Of a stretch of DNA of 64,000 bases, positions 9,581 through 20,200 are shown piece by piece. Position 1 is the first letter of the stretch, and the number at the start of each line of letters is the position of its first letter. The notes below the pieces were generated by a model. That model ran no database searches and had not been told where the DNA came from. It saw nothing but the letters and a program-made list of their open reading frames with translations. The translations under genes and the position numbers were made by a program. Origin of the DNA: Gloeobacterales cyanobacterium (GTDB lineage Bacteria; Cyanobacteriota; Cyanobacteriia; Gloeobacterales; PMM-0068); assembly GCA_038245785.1 (NCBI GenBank), contig JBBRSB010000003.1, positions 32,001 to 96,000 on the forward strand. The letters are read 5' to 3'.

Positions 9581-11107
9581 TTAAGTATCAATACGAGGGA
9601 ACAAGGGTTCGCCAAGACTAAGAATTTGGCCTGGAGGAAGTTTCCCCCATACCGTTTCTTCCCAGTTGATTTGGTTCCAGGTTTCTGGGGAAAATCCCAG
9701 TTGCGTGTAAACCCCCCGGCTCATCTCTGGAACCACCGGGGCCAATAAAATAGCTGCGATTCTAACCGACTCCAGTACACAGTAAATAACGCGTTCTACA
9801 CTCGCTTGGTCCTGATTTTTATAGAGGGTCCATGGCGCTTTTTCATCCAGATACTTATTGCCTCGCCGTACCAGGGAAAGGGCCGATTCACAGGCATGGG
9901 AGAAAGCAAGGTTCTCGTAGGCCTGGGCAGTAGGTTCTACGACTTGGGCCGCTAAAACAGATAAATCTTCATCCGTTTGGACCGTAGGAACGATTCCCTC
10001 ACAATACTTGCTGGCCATGCGCAGAGTGCGGTTGAGCAAATTGCCAAAATCATTGGCCAGGTCAGCATTGACGGTATGGATAAAACGACTTTCGGCAAAA
10101 TCTCCATCCCGACCAAATTCAAGTTCTTTGAGGAAGTAGTAGCGCACGGCATCGGACCCATAGCGCTCCACCAAATCAAAGGGGTCTAGGGTGTTGCCCA
10201 AAGATTTGCCCATTTTGCGGCCATCCTTCGTCAGATAACCATGGCCAAAGATTTTCTTAGGCAGGGGTAATCCAGCGGATAGGAGCATGGCAGGCCAGTA
10301 CACGGCATGGAATCGGAGAATATCTTTACCAATCAGGTGGAGGTCTACAGGCCACCATTGAGCGAGCGCATTTTCCAAGCTGGGCGTTTCGTCCGGTCCT
10401 AGCAAAGCGGAGATGTAGCCCAAGAGGGCATCAAACCAGACGTAAATAGTTTGGGCTTGGTCGATGGGGAGGGGGATGCCCCAGGTCACAGAACTACGGG
10501 AAATTGGAAAATCTCTCAAGCCCTCTTTGACCCAACCCAGCACTTCATTACGGCGAGAATCTGGCTGGATAAAGTCAGGATTTTGTTCAAAATAGGTTTC
10601 TAGTGTCTGCTGGTACTTAGAGAGCGCAAAGAAATAGTTCTCTTCTCGGTTAGTTTCTACGGCCTTCAGATGAATAGGGCAGAGGTCTCCTTCGAGCAGC
10701 TCCTTGAGGTCCTTGTATTCTTCACATTGCACACAGTAGGGACCTTCATAAAAGTCCTTGTAGATATCCCCTTTTTCATAAACCCGCAGGAAGAACTCTT
10801 TAACAATGACTTCATGCTTGGAGTTAGTAGTACGGATGAATCGATCGTAATGAATATTTAATAGTTGCCAAAGACGCTCAAATTCTGGAGCGATCTGATC
10901 ACAGTGAACCTGTGGGCTTTTACCCTGTTCTTCTGCTGTTTGTTGAATTTTCTGACCATGCTCATCCGTACCTGTAACTAAGAGCACCTCGCGTCCTCTG
11001 AGCCGATAATAGCGAGCTAAAGTATCAGCAGCCATTGTCGGATAAGCACTGCCAACATGTGGCAGTGCATTAACGTAGTAGAGGGGTGTAGTCACTGTGA
11101 AGCGCAA
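9581..11107 (-). CDS. metG: Methionine-tRNA ligase (short form)
   Basis: TTPLYYVNALPHVGSAY, GTDEHGQK, YVWFDAL and KMGKS motifs. Confidence 0.96.
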   Translation of the reverse strand: MRFTVTTPLYYVNALPHVGSAYPTMAADTLARYYRLRGREVLLVTGTDEHGQKIQQTAEEQGKSPQVHCDQIAPEFERLWQLLNIHYDRFIRTTNSKHEVIVKEFFLRVYEKGDIYKDFYEGPYCVQCEEYKDLKELLEGDLCPIHLKAVETNREENYFFALSKYQQTLETYFEQNPDFIQPDSRRNEVLGWVKEGLRDFPISRSSVTWGIPLPIDQAQTIYVWFDALLGYISALLGPDETPSLENALAQWWPVDLHLIGKDILRFHAVYWPAMLLSAGLPLPKKIFGHGYLTKDGRKMGKSLGNTLDPFDLVERYGSDAVRYYFLKELEFGRDGDFAESRFIHTVNADLANDFGNLLNRTLRMASKYCEGIVPTVQTDEDLSVLAAQVVEPTAQAYENLAFSHACESALSLVRRGNKYLDEKAPWTLYKNQDQASVERVIYCVLESVRIAAILLAPVVPEMSRGVYTQLGFSPETWNQINWEETVWGKLPPGQILSLGEPLFPRIDT

Positions 11108-11411
11108 AGTAGTCTGAGTCCAAAATTATGTTTTAAATATAGGTTGATCATACCTACGGGTTTATTTTCCCTGGAAAAACATATCCATTCTTAAGCTTTA
11201 AGCCCGTTGCACATGCAATTCCAGAGATCAACAAACTGGTAATAGATTAAAACGCTTAACGAATCTCCACAAAACAAGGCCTCTATTTATGATCGGCAGC
11301 TGTTGATAATATTTCAATTTGGGATCGCCATCAATTGCAGTTAAAACTGCTGTCAAAATAATAAGAAAGATCCCCCGTTCCCCTAGGGCTTTTTCATGGG
11401 AGCTCTTACTC

Positions 11412-11475
11412 ACCCCTCAGTCCCTACGGGACAGCTCCCCACCCTTCGGGAAGGCTTCGCCTAGGGAGGGGAGCC
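11412..11475. repeat. Miniature palindromic repeat carrying a nested 21-nt insert
   Basis: First 29 nt identical to the reverse complement of 30276-30304; extra ACCCTTCGGGAAGGCTTCGCC at 11441-11461. Confidence 0.85.
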
Positions 11476-11539
11476 TCTTCTGGGAAGAGAAAGCTGAGGG
11501 TGCAGGAATAAAACTGAGAGGTAGGTAGGGTAGGGATCG

Positions 11540-12829
11540 CTAATGCAAGTAGTTCAGTGGATTGACTGGAGTTCCATTGGCCCGTACTTCAAAGTGGAGG
11601 TGGGGACCGGTAGAAAGTCCCGTAGAACCAACGGCGGCGATCCTTTGACCCCGTTGAATCGATTGCCCGGCGCTGACATAGGAAGCACTGGTATGTCCAT
11701 AGAGCGTCGTTAGACCATTGCCGTGGTCAATAATGACGGTCCGGCCATAGCCCCCATACCAGCCGCTATAGATAACGACCCCACTGTCCGCTGCCTTGAT
11801 AGCCGCTCCAATCGGAAGGCCAAAATCAATCCCTGCATGGAATCTACGGGTTCCATAGATGGGATGGATACGGTAGCCAAAACGACTGGTAATCCGGCCC
11901 CCACCAGGAGCGATAAACCGACCCGTGCCTACGGTATCGGCAATTTCTGGCTCTGGAGTGGGAGTGGAGGCAAGGGTATCAACACGCTGTTGGTTCTTAG
12001 CCGCTCTCGCAGCCCTAGCCGCTTCTCTGGCTGCTCTCTTTCGGGCTTCAGCCACTAAACGTCTCTTGCGTTCTAGTTCCTTTTGTCTCTGAATAATCAA
12101 ATTTCGGATTAATCCCGTCAATTCAGAGGTATTACGCTCTAATTCCCGTTCTGCCGCTTCATAGGCCCGCCGTTCTTCGCTAACGCGCTGTACAAAACTG
12201 ACCTGCATCGCTGCCGCTTGCTTGAACTCGGCATGCTTGTCTGCTAGTTGCTCCGCCAAAAGTGCAATCTGGGCCTTTTGGTCTTCCATATCATCTTTTT
12301 TATGACCAATAACGTCCGCTCTTTTCTTCAAATCCAAGAGTGCAGTACGGTCCCGGTCCAAAATTCGCGTCAATTGATACTGACGGTCGTAGGCATCATT
12401 CATATCAGCACTGGCCAGCATCGTCGTCCACCAGGGCTCTGCCCCCTGTTGCTGTAGATAGCGCATCCGTTCCATAGTGGCTGTTTTACGGGCGGCAAAA
12501 TCCTTTTCTAAACCTTTGAGGTCATGCCCTAGCCGCACTAACTTTTGACGAGCACCCTGCAAACGCTCTTTCGTATTATCAAGCTTGACGCCTGTGGTCG
12601 AAACAGAAGTATTGAGCGTATTCAGGTGGCCTTTGGCAAACGATTCTTTGCGCAGTACGGCTAGCTTCTTTTGGCGCGTTACTTTCAGCTTGCTGTGCAA
12701 GGCATTTTGTTTATTGCGTAGGGCAATGATGGCCGGTGTTTGTCCCTGGACGGTTTCGATCGCCGGGAATCCTTCCAACAGAAAACAACCCAACAAACCC
12801 AAAGCCACTAATTTGGGGGAGAACCTCAT
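11540..12829 (-). CDS. Coiled-coil + M23 peptidase (EnvC/NlpD-like)
   Basis: Signal peptide, long coiled coil, HAGID, YGH and GPHLHFEVR motifs; ORF open to 12880. Confidence 0.9.
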   Translation of the reverse strand: MRFSPKLVALGLLGCFLLEGFPAIETVQGQTPAIIALRNKQNALHSKLKVTRQKKLAVLRKESFAKGHLNTLNTSVSTTGVKLDNTKERLQGARQKLVRLGHDLKGLEKDFAARKTATMERMRYLQQQGAEPWWTTMLASADMNDAYDRQYQLTRILDRDRTALLDLKKRADVIGHKKDDMEDQKAQIALLAEQLADKHAEFKQAAAMQVSFVQRVSEERRAYEAAERELERNTSELTGLIRNLIIQRQKELERKRRLVAEARKRAAREAARAARAAKNQQRVDTLASTPTPEPEIADTVGTGRFIAPGGGRITSRFGYRIHPIYGTRRFHAGIDFGLPIGAAIKAADSGVVIYSGWYGGYGRTVIIDHGNGLTTLYGHTSASYVSAGQSIQRGQRIAAVGSTGLSTGPHLHFEVRANGTPVNPLNYLH

Positions 12830-12955
12830 GAAGCCGCTCACTCTTCTTGCGCTATGGCTGGGGTTATAGTACCACACCACCTCTAGATATAGAGGCCAAC
12901 CTAAAACCCAATCCTGGATAAACCTTTTAAGTAATTCAGTAAAACTCTGTTCCCA

Positions 12956-14185
12956 TCAAGAGGATACCCCAGTTCGAGCGGATCTTAGCTTTAGCCCGAT
13001 CGTTCCAAAGAGGCCCAGCGCCACGAATCCTGTTAGATAAGCAAGCGCTTTCAGGCGGACGAATAGAGGGGGAGCAATACCTTCTACCGAGACTGAGGAT
13101 TTAGTGACTAAGGCTGGCCGCCCACTATAAGGTGGAGTTTGAACTTCTATGCGATGGGCAGAACCATCAAAAAATTGTTGTCTCCAGCGCACTTGATCAT
13201 CCACAGGCGTGGCGATCGAGAACAGTTTCCAGTTTTTCTCTGTATTGATTACAGAAACTTCAAACGCTGAAGGGATTGATTGGTCTGTGTGTCGGTCCGT
13301 AAGCTTAGCCTGAAAAGACTCAGCCGTGCCGACCCTAGCTTCTTTGACTCCATCCAGGTTCAACACCCGTTCTCTATCCTGTGCTATGGATGGTGCGCTC
13401 ACGGGTAACATGCTATTGGCCATCCCTGCCATATCAGTATGTCCGCCTTGAGATTCAGCCGAAACATTGATAAAAATGAGGGCTGCCATAGCCGTAAGCG
13501 TAAGTCCGATCAGCAATAGACGCATAGCTTCTGGCAGGATGTCAGTTCTTCCCGATCTACCAATAAAGGCTCCCCCTAAAACACCAACGAGAATGCAAAT
13601 CCCGGCAAGAATAGCGAAATTTCGAAACTTTACTGGGTTTTCCGGAACATCCACGGTCAAGACTTGTTTTACTAGGGGAGTTGCCGACGCATCCTGCATG
13701 GGCAGTACGTTGACAAATACCTGATAGACCCCCCGGATCGGCAGCATCTGTTCGAATTCGACTACGCCTTGGGCAGCAGGTACATCCAGACTGAGCAGCT
13801 CAGTTCCTTCAACGATCGGAAAATCAGTTGAAATCCAAGGATTAGTTTTAGGCGTCACAATCTTTATCTGCATCCGCACACGGGATAAGACTTTCCCTTG
13901 GCTATCTTGAGCTTCAAAACGAAAGCGGGGAGGAGATTTTTGTTGCTCAGCCTCCGCTTCAAAAGGGATCAGTTGGCGTACAGGCGGATCGAGGGTCAGT
14001 AAAACTTTGCCTTGGCCCGTCTGCGCAAAAGCGGGCGGCCCACTGAGAAAGAGCAAGGTGATGATAAGGATTAAAACGCCCTCACCCCCTAGCCCCCTCT
14101 CCCGCAGGAGAGGGGGAACAGAACCATGATTCCTTACTCCCCTCTCCTGCGGGAGAGGGGCCGGGGGTGAGAGCGAGGGTCTCAT
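12956..14185 (-). CDS. Unknown exported/membrane protein, translationally coupled to cbtB
   Basis: ATG overlaps the cbtB stop (TGATG at 14187-14183); signal peptide ending PAFA-Q; two internal TM helices, GGHTDMAGM motif, C-terminal TM. Confidence 0.75.
   Translation of the reverse strand: MRPSLSPPAPLPQERGVRNHGSVPPLLRERGLGGEGVLILIITLLFLSGPPAFAQTGQGKVLLTLDPPVRQLIPFEAEAEQQKSPPRFRFEAQDSQGKVLSRVRMQIKIVTPKTNPWISTDFPIVEGTELLSLDVPAAQGVVEFEQMLPIRGVYQVFVNVLPMQDASATPLVKQVLTVDVPENPVKFRNFAILAGICILVGVLGGAFIGRSGRTDILPEAMRLLLIGLTLTAMAALIFINVSAESQGGHTDMAGMANSMLPVSAPSIAQDRERVLNLDGVKEARVGTAESFQAKLTDRHTDQSIPSAFEVSVINTEKNWKLFSIATPVDDQVRWRQQFFDGSAHRIEVQTPPYSGRPALVTKSSVSVEGIAPPLFVRLKALAYLTGFVALGLFGTIGLKLRSARTGVSS
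14078..14174. repeat. GC-rich double-hairpin miniature repeat inside a coding region
   Basis: GCCCTCACCCCC..CCCTCTCCCGCAGGAGAGGGG ... CCCCTCTCCTGCGGGAGAGGGG..GGGGTGAGAGC inverted structure. Confidence 0.85.
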
Positions 14186-14364
14186 CAATGACAAGAAATC
14201 ATCAGGGTATTGTGCCGAAGGGCATGGACCGCATTGTGCACTGGAGGATAAGTAGAAAAGTAGATGGTCCAGAGCACTGTGCTGGACAAGCCCAAGAAAA
14301 GTAGGGCCTGTAGCGTAGGGGAAAAAGTTAGGGCAGAGGCTTTACGCCATACATTCGTAGTCAT
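14185..14364 (-). CDS. cbtB: Cobalt transporter small subunit CbtB-like (59 aa, not in ORF track)
   Basis: MTTNVWRKASALTFSPTLQALLFLGLSSTVLWTIYFSTYPPVHNAVHALRHNTLMISCH: one TM helix then H-x3-H-x2-RH...CH; directly downstream of cbiX. Confidence 0.85.
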   Translation of the reverse strand: MTTNVWRKASALTFSPTLQALLFLGLSSTVLWTIYFSTYPPVHNAVHALRHNTLMISCH

Positions 14365-14388
14365 AATGGTTCTCTTGAATGAGCTGAA

Positions 14389-15369
14389 TTAAGGGATTTG
14401 CCAAACGCGCTGGTGATACTCTATCGGCTCGGCATAAGGGTCTTCGGCTTCGTGGCCATGTCCGTGGGTGTGACCGTGACTGTGGTGTTCGTGGCTGTGA
14501 TGGTCATGGGTATGGGCACTTACCAGATGCTCATTAGCTTGTCCCAAACCTACGAGCTGCTGGCTCACGGCCCTGCGAAACTTGCACATTTCGCAGTTCA
14601 TCATTACCTGGCCAGAGCGTGCTTCTAGTTCACGCTCTCGGATTAGGTCAAACAACACAGGGTCTAAACCCACTTCATTCATCGTTTGGATCTGGATTTT
14701 TGGATGAAGCTGTTGCTGAAGATGGGCCATTTCATGAATGCGCTTCACCAAGACGCCTGTGAATAGGAAGTAGGGAAGTACTACCACCCTTTTAGCGCCC
14801 CACGTCCAGGCCCTTTCAAAGCCCTGTTCCACGCGCGGATGGGTAATGCCAATGAAGCAAATTTCGACGCCTTTGAAGCCGCTGCCTTCCCACAAAAGAC
14901 GAGCCATCTTGTAGACATCGCTATTGGCATCGGGGTCTGAAGCGCCGCGTCCGACGAAGAGCAGTACTGTCTCAGCGCGAGGAATATCACTGGTTTCATC
15001 TAACTGAGCCAGACGCTCCTGCCACAGCTCCAGTAGGCTGGGCGTGATGCCAAAGTGTCTGCCGTAGTGGAAAGTCAATTCTGGGTAACGCAGACGCGCC
15101 TTATCTAACTCATTGGTGACATCAAATTTGTTGTGTCGGGCAGCGAACAGCAAGACGGGTAAGGCCGTCATTTCTCGATAGCCCTGAGCCACGCATTGGT
15201 CAATGCCCTGCTGAATAGAGGGCTCAGTGAGTTCCAAAAAGCAGGGAACCACCGGACGAGAAGCATCTTGTTCTTGAAAAGCCGTAGCAAAGTCTAAAAA
15301 TGTTTGCCGACCATCTGCATCACGGGTTCCATGCCCGATGAGCAGAAGCGGATGGGGGGCAGTATTCAC
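14389..15369 (-). CDS. cbiX: Sirohydrochlorin cobaltochelatase CbiX (long form)
   Basis: GHGTR, FLEL.EP and GRGASD motifs; C-terminal MNCEMC and His-rich tail. Confidence 0.93.
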   Translation of the reverse strand: MNTAPHPLLLIGHGTRDADGRQTFLDFATAFQEQDASRPVVPCFLELTEPSIQQGIDQCVAQGYREMTALPVLLFAARHNKFDVTNELDKARLRYPELTFHYGRHFGITPSLLELWQERLAQLDETSDIPRAETVLLFVGRGASDPDANSDVYKMARLLWEGSGFKGVEICFIGITHPRVEQGFERAWTWGAKRVVVLPYFLFTGVLVKRIHEMAHLQQQLHPKIQIQTMNEVGLDPVLFDLIRERELEARSGQVMMNCEMCKFRRAVSQQLVGLGQANEHLVSAHTHDHHSHEHHSHGHTHGHGHEAEDPYAEPIEYHQRVWQIP

Positions 15370-15381
15370 TTGGGTTCCTTT

Positions 15382-15500
15382 CCCTGTGTGACGCAGAGAG
15401 TAGAGATGAGCACCTAATGAATCGGCATTCTGACTTAGGAATTCCCATTACAGCTGCGGCACAGTACCGGAATCACACCGGACTTTCCCGATTCTCAGGT
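15382..15500 (-). promoter_or_regulatory. Cobalamin riboswitch (compact class II type) upstream of cbiX
   Basis: Minus strand GAATCGGGAAAGTCCGGTGTGATTCCGGTACTGTGCCGCAGCTGTAA...GTCAGAATGCCGATTC; downstream hairpin loop TGCGTCACA is complementary to L5 TGTGCCGCA and sits next to the RBS; TGCTATATT extended -10 upstream. Confidence 0.92.
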
Positions 15501-15596
15501 CTGGCTAATATAGCATTCATCCCTAAGGAGGCACTATGCTGTGTCACGAAGAGTTACGATACGAAGCCTGCCCCCAAACTCCTTAGGATCACCCTT

Positions 15597-16217
15597 ATGC
15601 CTGAGTTGGAACCCCAAGTAGAGAACGACCGCCACCGCCAGAAAATGCAGCGCCGGAAAGAGGTTCAGGATGAACGGCTGGCCGCCAAAACCCTAGAGAA
15701 GGGTCTAGTCATTGTCTATACTGGGACCGGAAAGGGCAAAACCACAGCCGCCTTGGGCATGATCTTCCGCTCACTTGGCCATGGCAAACGAGTAGCGGTT
15801 ATTCAGTTTATCAAAGGGGCCTGGCAACCAGGGGAAAAAGCCGCCTTGGACCGTTTTGGCGAACAGGTATTTTTTGCAGCTTTGGGCGGCGGGTTTACTT
15901 GGGAAACGCAGGACCGCCAGAAAGATATCGAAATGGTGGAACAAGCCTGGAGTCAAGGACTGGAGCTTATTCAATCCAGTGATTATCATTTAGTTCTCCT
16001 GGATGAGGTTAATGTGGCGATGTCCCTTGGTTATCTGAATCCACACGTGGTTATAGATGGTCTCAAGAGCAAACCTGATCAAGTGCATGTGGCTTTGACC
16101 GGACGGGGTGCCCCGGCGGAACTAATAGAAGTCGCCGATTTGGTGACTGAGATGAAACTGGTGAAACATCCCTTTCGAGAGCAGGGCATCAAAGCGCAAA
16201 TAGGAATCGAGTTTTAG
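15597..16217 (+). CDS. cobO: Cob(I)yrinic acid a,c-diamide adenosyltransferase
   Basis: YTGTGKGKTTAA, QFIKG, LLDE, TGR and KHPF...AQIGIEF motifs; true start ATG 15597 (the longer ORF runs through the riboswitch). Confidence 0.94.
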   Translation: MPELEPQVENDRHRQKMQRRKEVQDERLAAKTLEKGLVIVYTGTGKGKTTAALGMIFRSLGHGKRVAVIQFIKGAWQPGEKAALDRFGEQVFFAALGGGFTWETQDRQKDIEMVEQAWSQGLELIQSSDYHLVLLDEVNVAMSLGYLNPHVVIDGLKSKPDQVHVALTGRGAPAELIEVADLVTEMKLVKHPFREQGIKAQIGIEF

Positions 16218-16219
16218 CT

Positions 16220-17242
16220 ATGGCAAAAAAAATCCCCGTGACCGTGATTACAGGCTTCCTCGGCAGTGGGAAAACAACCCTGATTCGCCATCTTTTAGAG
16301 AATAACCAGGGCCGCAGAATAGCGGTTCTGGTGAACGAGTTTGGAGCCTTGGGTATTGACGGGGAACTGCTCAAAGGCTGCAGCGATTGTCCCGAAGATA
16401 ACGTGATTGAACTGACCAATGGCTGCTTGTGCTGCACCGTTCAGGAAGAATTCTTGCCCACCATGCTCCAACTTCTGGAGCGCCGAGAGGAGATAGACCA
16501 AATTCTGATTGAAACCAGTGGTCTTGCTCTGCCCAAACCACTAGTGAAAGCCTTTCGCTGGCCTGAAATTCGCAATGGCGCGACGGTAGACGGAATTTTA
16601 ACAGTGGTGGATGCAGTAGCAGTATTTTCTGGAGCGCTGACCGACCGGGAAAAAGTAGAAGCTCAACGCCAAGCCGATGAAAGCTTAGATCATGAAACGC
16701 CCCTCGAAGAACTCTTTGAGGACCAATTAGCCGTCGCTGATTTAGTGATTCTGAATAAGGCTGATTCCATTGATCAAGACAGCCGTAATCAAGTGGAAGC
16801 TTCGCTCCGAGCTGAACTTCCCAGTCATGTGAAAATCATTCATGCTAACTATGGCAAGCTATCCCCCGATATTCTCTTAGGACTCAATCATCGGGTGGAA
16901 GATGACCTTGATAACCGTAAGTCCCATCATGACGAAGAAGGAGAAGACCACAAACATGATGATGAAATCGATTCCATTGTTTTTGAAACGGGTCCTCTAG
17001 ATCCAGTGAGATTATTAGAGCAATTACAGCAATTAGTAGAAGCTCATGAAATCTATCGAGTAAAAGGATTTGTCGAAGTCCCTGGAAAAGCGATGCGCTT
17101 AGTTTTCCAGGGTGTAGGTAATCGCTTTGACCAATACTATGACCGTCCCTGGCAAGAAGGAGAACGCGGCACTCGGTTAGTACTGATTGGCAAAGCTTTG
17201 AACGAAATTCCTACGCTTCAAGCGGCACTGCAAACGGTCTAA
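16220..17242 (+). CDS. cobW: Cobalamin biosynthesis GTPase/metallochaperone CobW
   Basis: GFLGSGKTT, GCLCC, ETSGLALPKPL and NKAD motifs; His-rich linker. Confidence 0.94.
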   Translation: MAKKIPVTVITGFLGSGKTTLIRHLLENNQGRRIAVLVNEFGALGIDGELLKGCSDCPEDNVIELTNGCLCCTVQEEFLPTMLQLLERREEIDQILIETSGLALPKPLVKAFRWPEIRNGATVDGILTVVDAVAVFSGALTDREKVEAQRQADESLDHETPLEELFEDQLAVADLVILNKADSIDQDSRNQVEASLRAELPSHVKIIHANYGKLSPDILLGLNHRVEDDLDNRKSHHDEEGEDHKHDDEIDSIVFETGPLDPVRLLEQLQQLVEAHEIYRVKGFVEVPGKAMRLVFQGVGNRFDQYYDRPWQEGERGTRLVLIGKALNEIPTLQAALQTV

Positions 17243-17243
17243 T

Positions 17244-20200
17244 ATGCATCGTCTACAAGTTGCTCCCGGTGGTTGGACTCCTGATGCAGAAGGGGTTGTA
17301 TTCATTGAGCAAACTCCAGGCGATATTATCTTTCTAACTGCAGCCGACACAGAAATTCAGGCTTTGTCAGTAGCGCTCAAGCAGTGGTCCTATCCAGTCA
17401 CTGTGAGAGCGGTCAATCTCTTAAATCTGCAACAGCAATTAACGATTGATACCTATGCTGAAGAAGTCTTAGAAAAAGCGAAGGTGATCATTATTCGTCT
17501 GTTAGGCGGCAGGTCCTACTGGTCCTACGGCTTAGAAGTTATTAAAGAACTCTCAGAACGACTGGGAATCCATCTCTATCTATTTCCTGGAGATGAACAG
17601 GTAGACCTGGATTTGATGGAAAATTCCACTGTTCCCCTCACACAAGTGCACACCCTATGGCGTTATTTGATTGAGGGTGGACCAGAGAATCTACTACAAG
17701 GACTTAGATATGTTCATGCTTTCCAACGTCAACAATCCATAGAAAATATTCCTGTTCAAAAGATAAACCGTTGGGGAATTTATACACTTCAATCCCGAAT
17801 ACCCCTTAGTCCTGACAGTCCAACCTGTGGTCTTATTTTCTATCGCGCCCACTATCTTGCTGGAAACCTGGAACCGATTGAGGCTTTAGTATATGCGCTG
17901 GCAGAACGAGGAATTAAAGCTCTTCCCGTCTTTGTTCAAAGCCTAAAAGAGCCAGAAATTCTAGAGGCTCTAGAAGACCATTTTCAAGGCATTGATTTGC
18001 TCTTAAACACTACCGGATTTTCGATTGATTCTGTAGTCGGGAATCGATTTTATCGGACATTAGATGTTCCTATTTTTCAGGTTATTCTTGCCAGCAGTAG
18101 TCAAGTGATCTGGGAAACAGGAACTCAAGGACTAAGCCCTCGGGATGTGGCGATGAATGTTGCCCTTCCTGAGATCGATGGCCGAATTATTACCCGTGCC
18201 ATTTCGTTTAAAGCGGAAGCCGCGCAGGATGTTCAACTAGAAACCTCTGTCGTTACCTATCAATCAGAATCTTCACGGGTACAGTTTGTCGCAGCACTAG
18301 CCGATCATTGGATTCGGTTACGGCGCACGCCGATTCAGCAACGTAAAATCGCCCTGATTTTGTCCAACTATCCTGCCAAAGATGGACGACTGGCGAATGG
18401 GGTTGGGTTAGATACGCCCAATAGTTGTATTGAAATTTTAAAAGCTCTGTCAGCAGCAGGATACTTCGTAGAAGCAATTCCGAGCAACGGGGATGATCTG
18501 ATTCGCACCCTCACGCAAGGAGTGACCAATGACCGAGAGAGTTTTGAGGGACGCAAGATTGGGCAAGCTGTCACCACAGAAGCATATCAAGAGTTTTTCT
18601 CTCAGTTACCACAGGCCGTCCAAGACGCTGTCACAGCTCAATGGGGAGAAGCGCCAGGGATTCATAAACTACGTAATTTCAATCAGCAAAAAGTCTTTCC
18701 AGTTCCAGGCATCCAGTTAGGTAATATCTTCATCGGCATTCAGCCCAGTCGTGGCTATGAGGAAGACCCTGCTGCGAACTATCATTCCCCCGATTTGGTT
18801 CCGCCCCATCCCTATTTTGCCTTCTACCATTGGCTCCGCCATATTTTTGAAGCCGATGCCGTCGTACATGTGGGCAAACATGGCAATTTGGAATGGCTTC
18901 CTGGCAAAGGGATTGCCCTTAGTAAAGCTTGTTTTCCTGAGGCCATCTTCGGCCCGACGCCTAACTTCTATCCTTTTATTGTCAATGACCCAGGAGAAGG
19001 AGCCCAGGCTAAACGTCGTTCGCAAGCGGTTGTGATCGATCATTTGATTCCGCCGATGACCCGTGCTGAAACCTATGGTCCCCTCCAAGAACTAGAACGA
19101 CTGATTGATGAATATTACGAAGCGTTGGGACTAGATCCCACCCGTCTAAAAGTAATTGAACAACATGTCCGAGCATTAATTACTCAGCATACACTGCATC
19201 AAGATTTAGGGATCGAGCTTGCTACGCCCGTAGATAACTGGCTAATGCAAATGGATGGCTATCTTTGTGAATTGAAAGAGGCTCAAATCCGCGATGGGCT
19301 CCATATTTTTGGCAAGGCTCCAGAAGGGACTGCGCTTGTAGATTTACTTGTTGCCTTGGCCCGTAATCCCAATCCATTCCTCGGCAATAAGGGCATCACT
19401 CAGTTTTTAGCAGAAAAGTTAGGACTGGACTTTGACCCGTTGACTATTGATTTCGCAACTCCTTGGACGCACCCTATTCCCTCAGAAGTGAGACAGATAC
19501 TGGCTCTTGAAAAAGAACCGCGCATCGCAGGAGATGTAGTGGAAGCGCTGGAACTGCTGGCGGCTCGATTGGTGGCTGGACCCTCACCCCCCAACCCCCT
19601 CTCCCTAGGGAGAGGGGTGCCCGAAGGGCGGGGTGAGGGCCTCGAATGCCTCCTCAGTAATCTACTGCCGAAAGTGCAGAAAACCCACCAAGAAATTGAC
19701 TATCTGCTCAAGGGTTTAGATGGGTGCTATGTTCCACCAGGACCTTCTGGGGCTCCTACCCGTGGCCGATTGGATGTACTGCCGACGGGACGCAATTTCT
19801 ATTCTCTAGATAGCCGAGCGATTCCGACACAAACCTCCTGGGATATTGGTCGGCGAGCAGCAGAAGCTTTGATTGAACGGCATGTTCAAGACCATGGAGA
19901 ATATCCGACAACCCTTGGACTTTCTGTGTGGGGCACTTCTACCATGCGCACCGGCGGCGATGATATTGCCCAAGTGTTTGCACTGCTGGGCGTACAACCC
20001 GTTTGGGACCGAGCCAGTGGCAGAGTGATTGACTTTGAAGTGATTACCCGTGCTTCCCTCGGACGACCAAGGGTGGATGTCATGCTTCGCGTCTCTGGTT
20101 TTTTCAGAGATGCCTTTGCCCATGTGATTGATCTATTTCATCAGGCTGTAGAAGCGGTGGCCCAACTGGATGAATCTCCCGTTGATAATCCGTTACGTAT

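Noticed and set aside
15417..15596. N-terminal extension of the cobO ORF
   Set aside because: It is the antisense of the riboswitch and promoter; CobO-like sequence starts at ATG 15597
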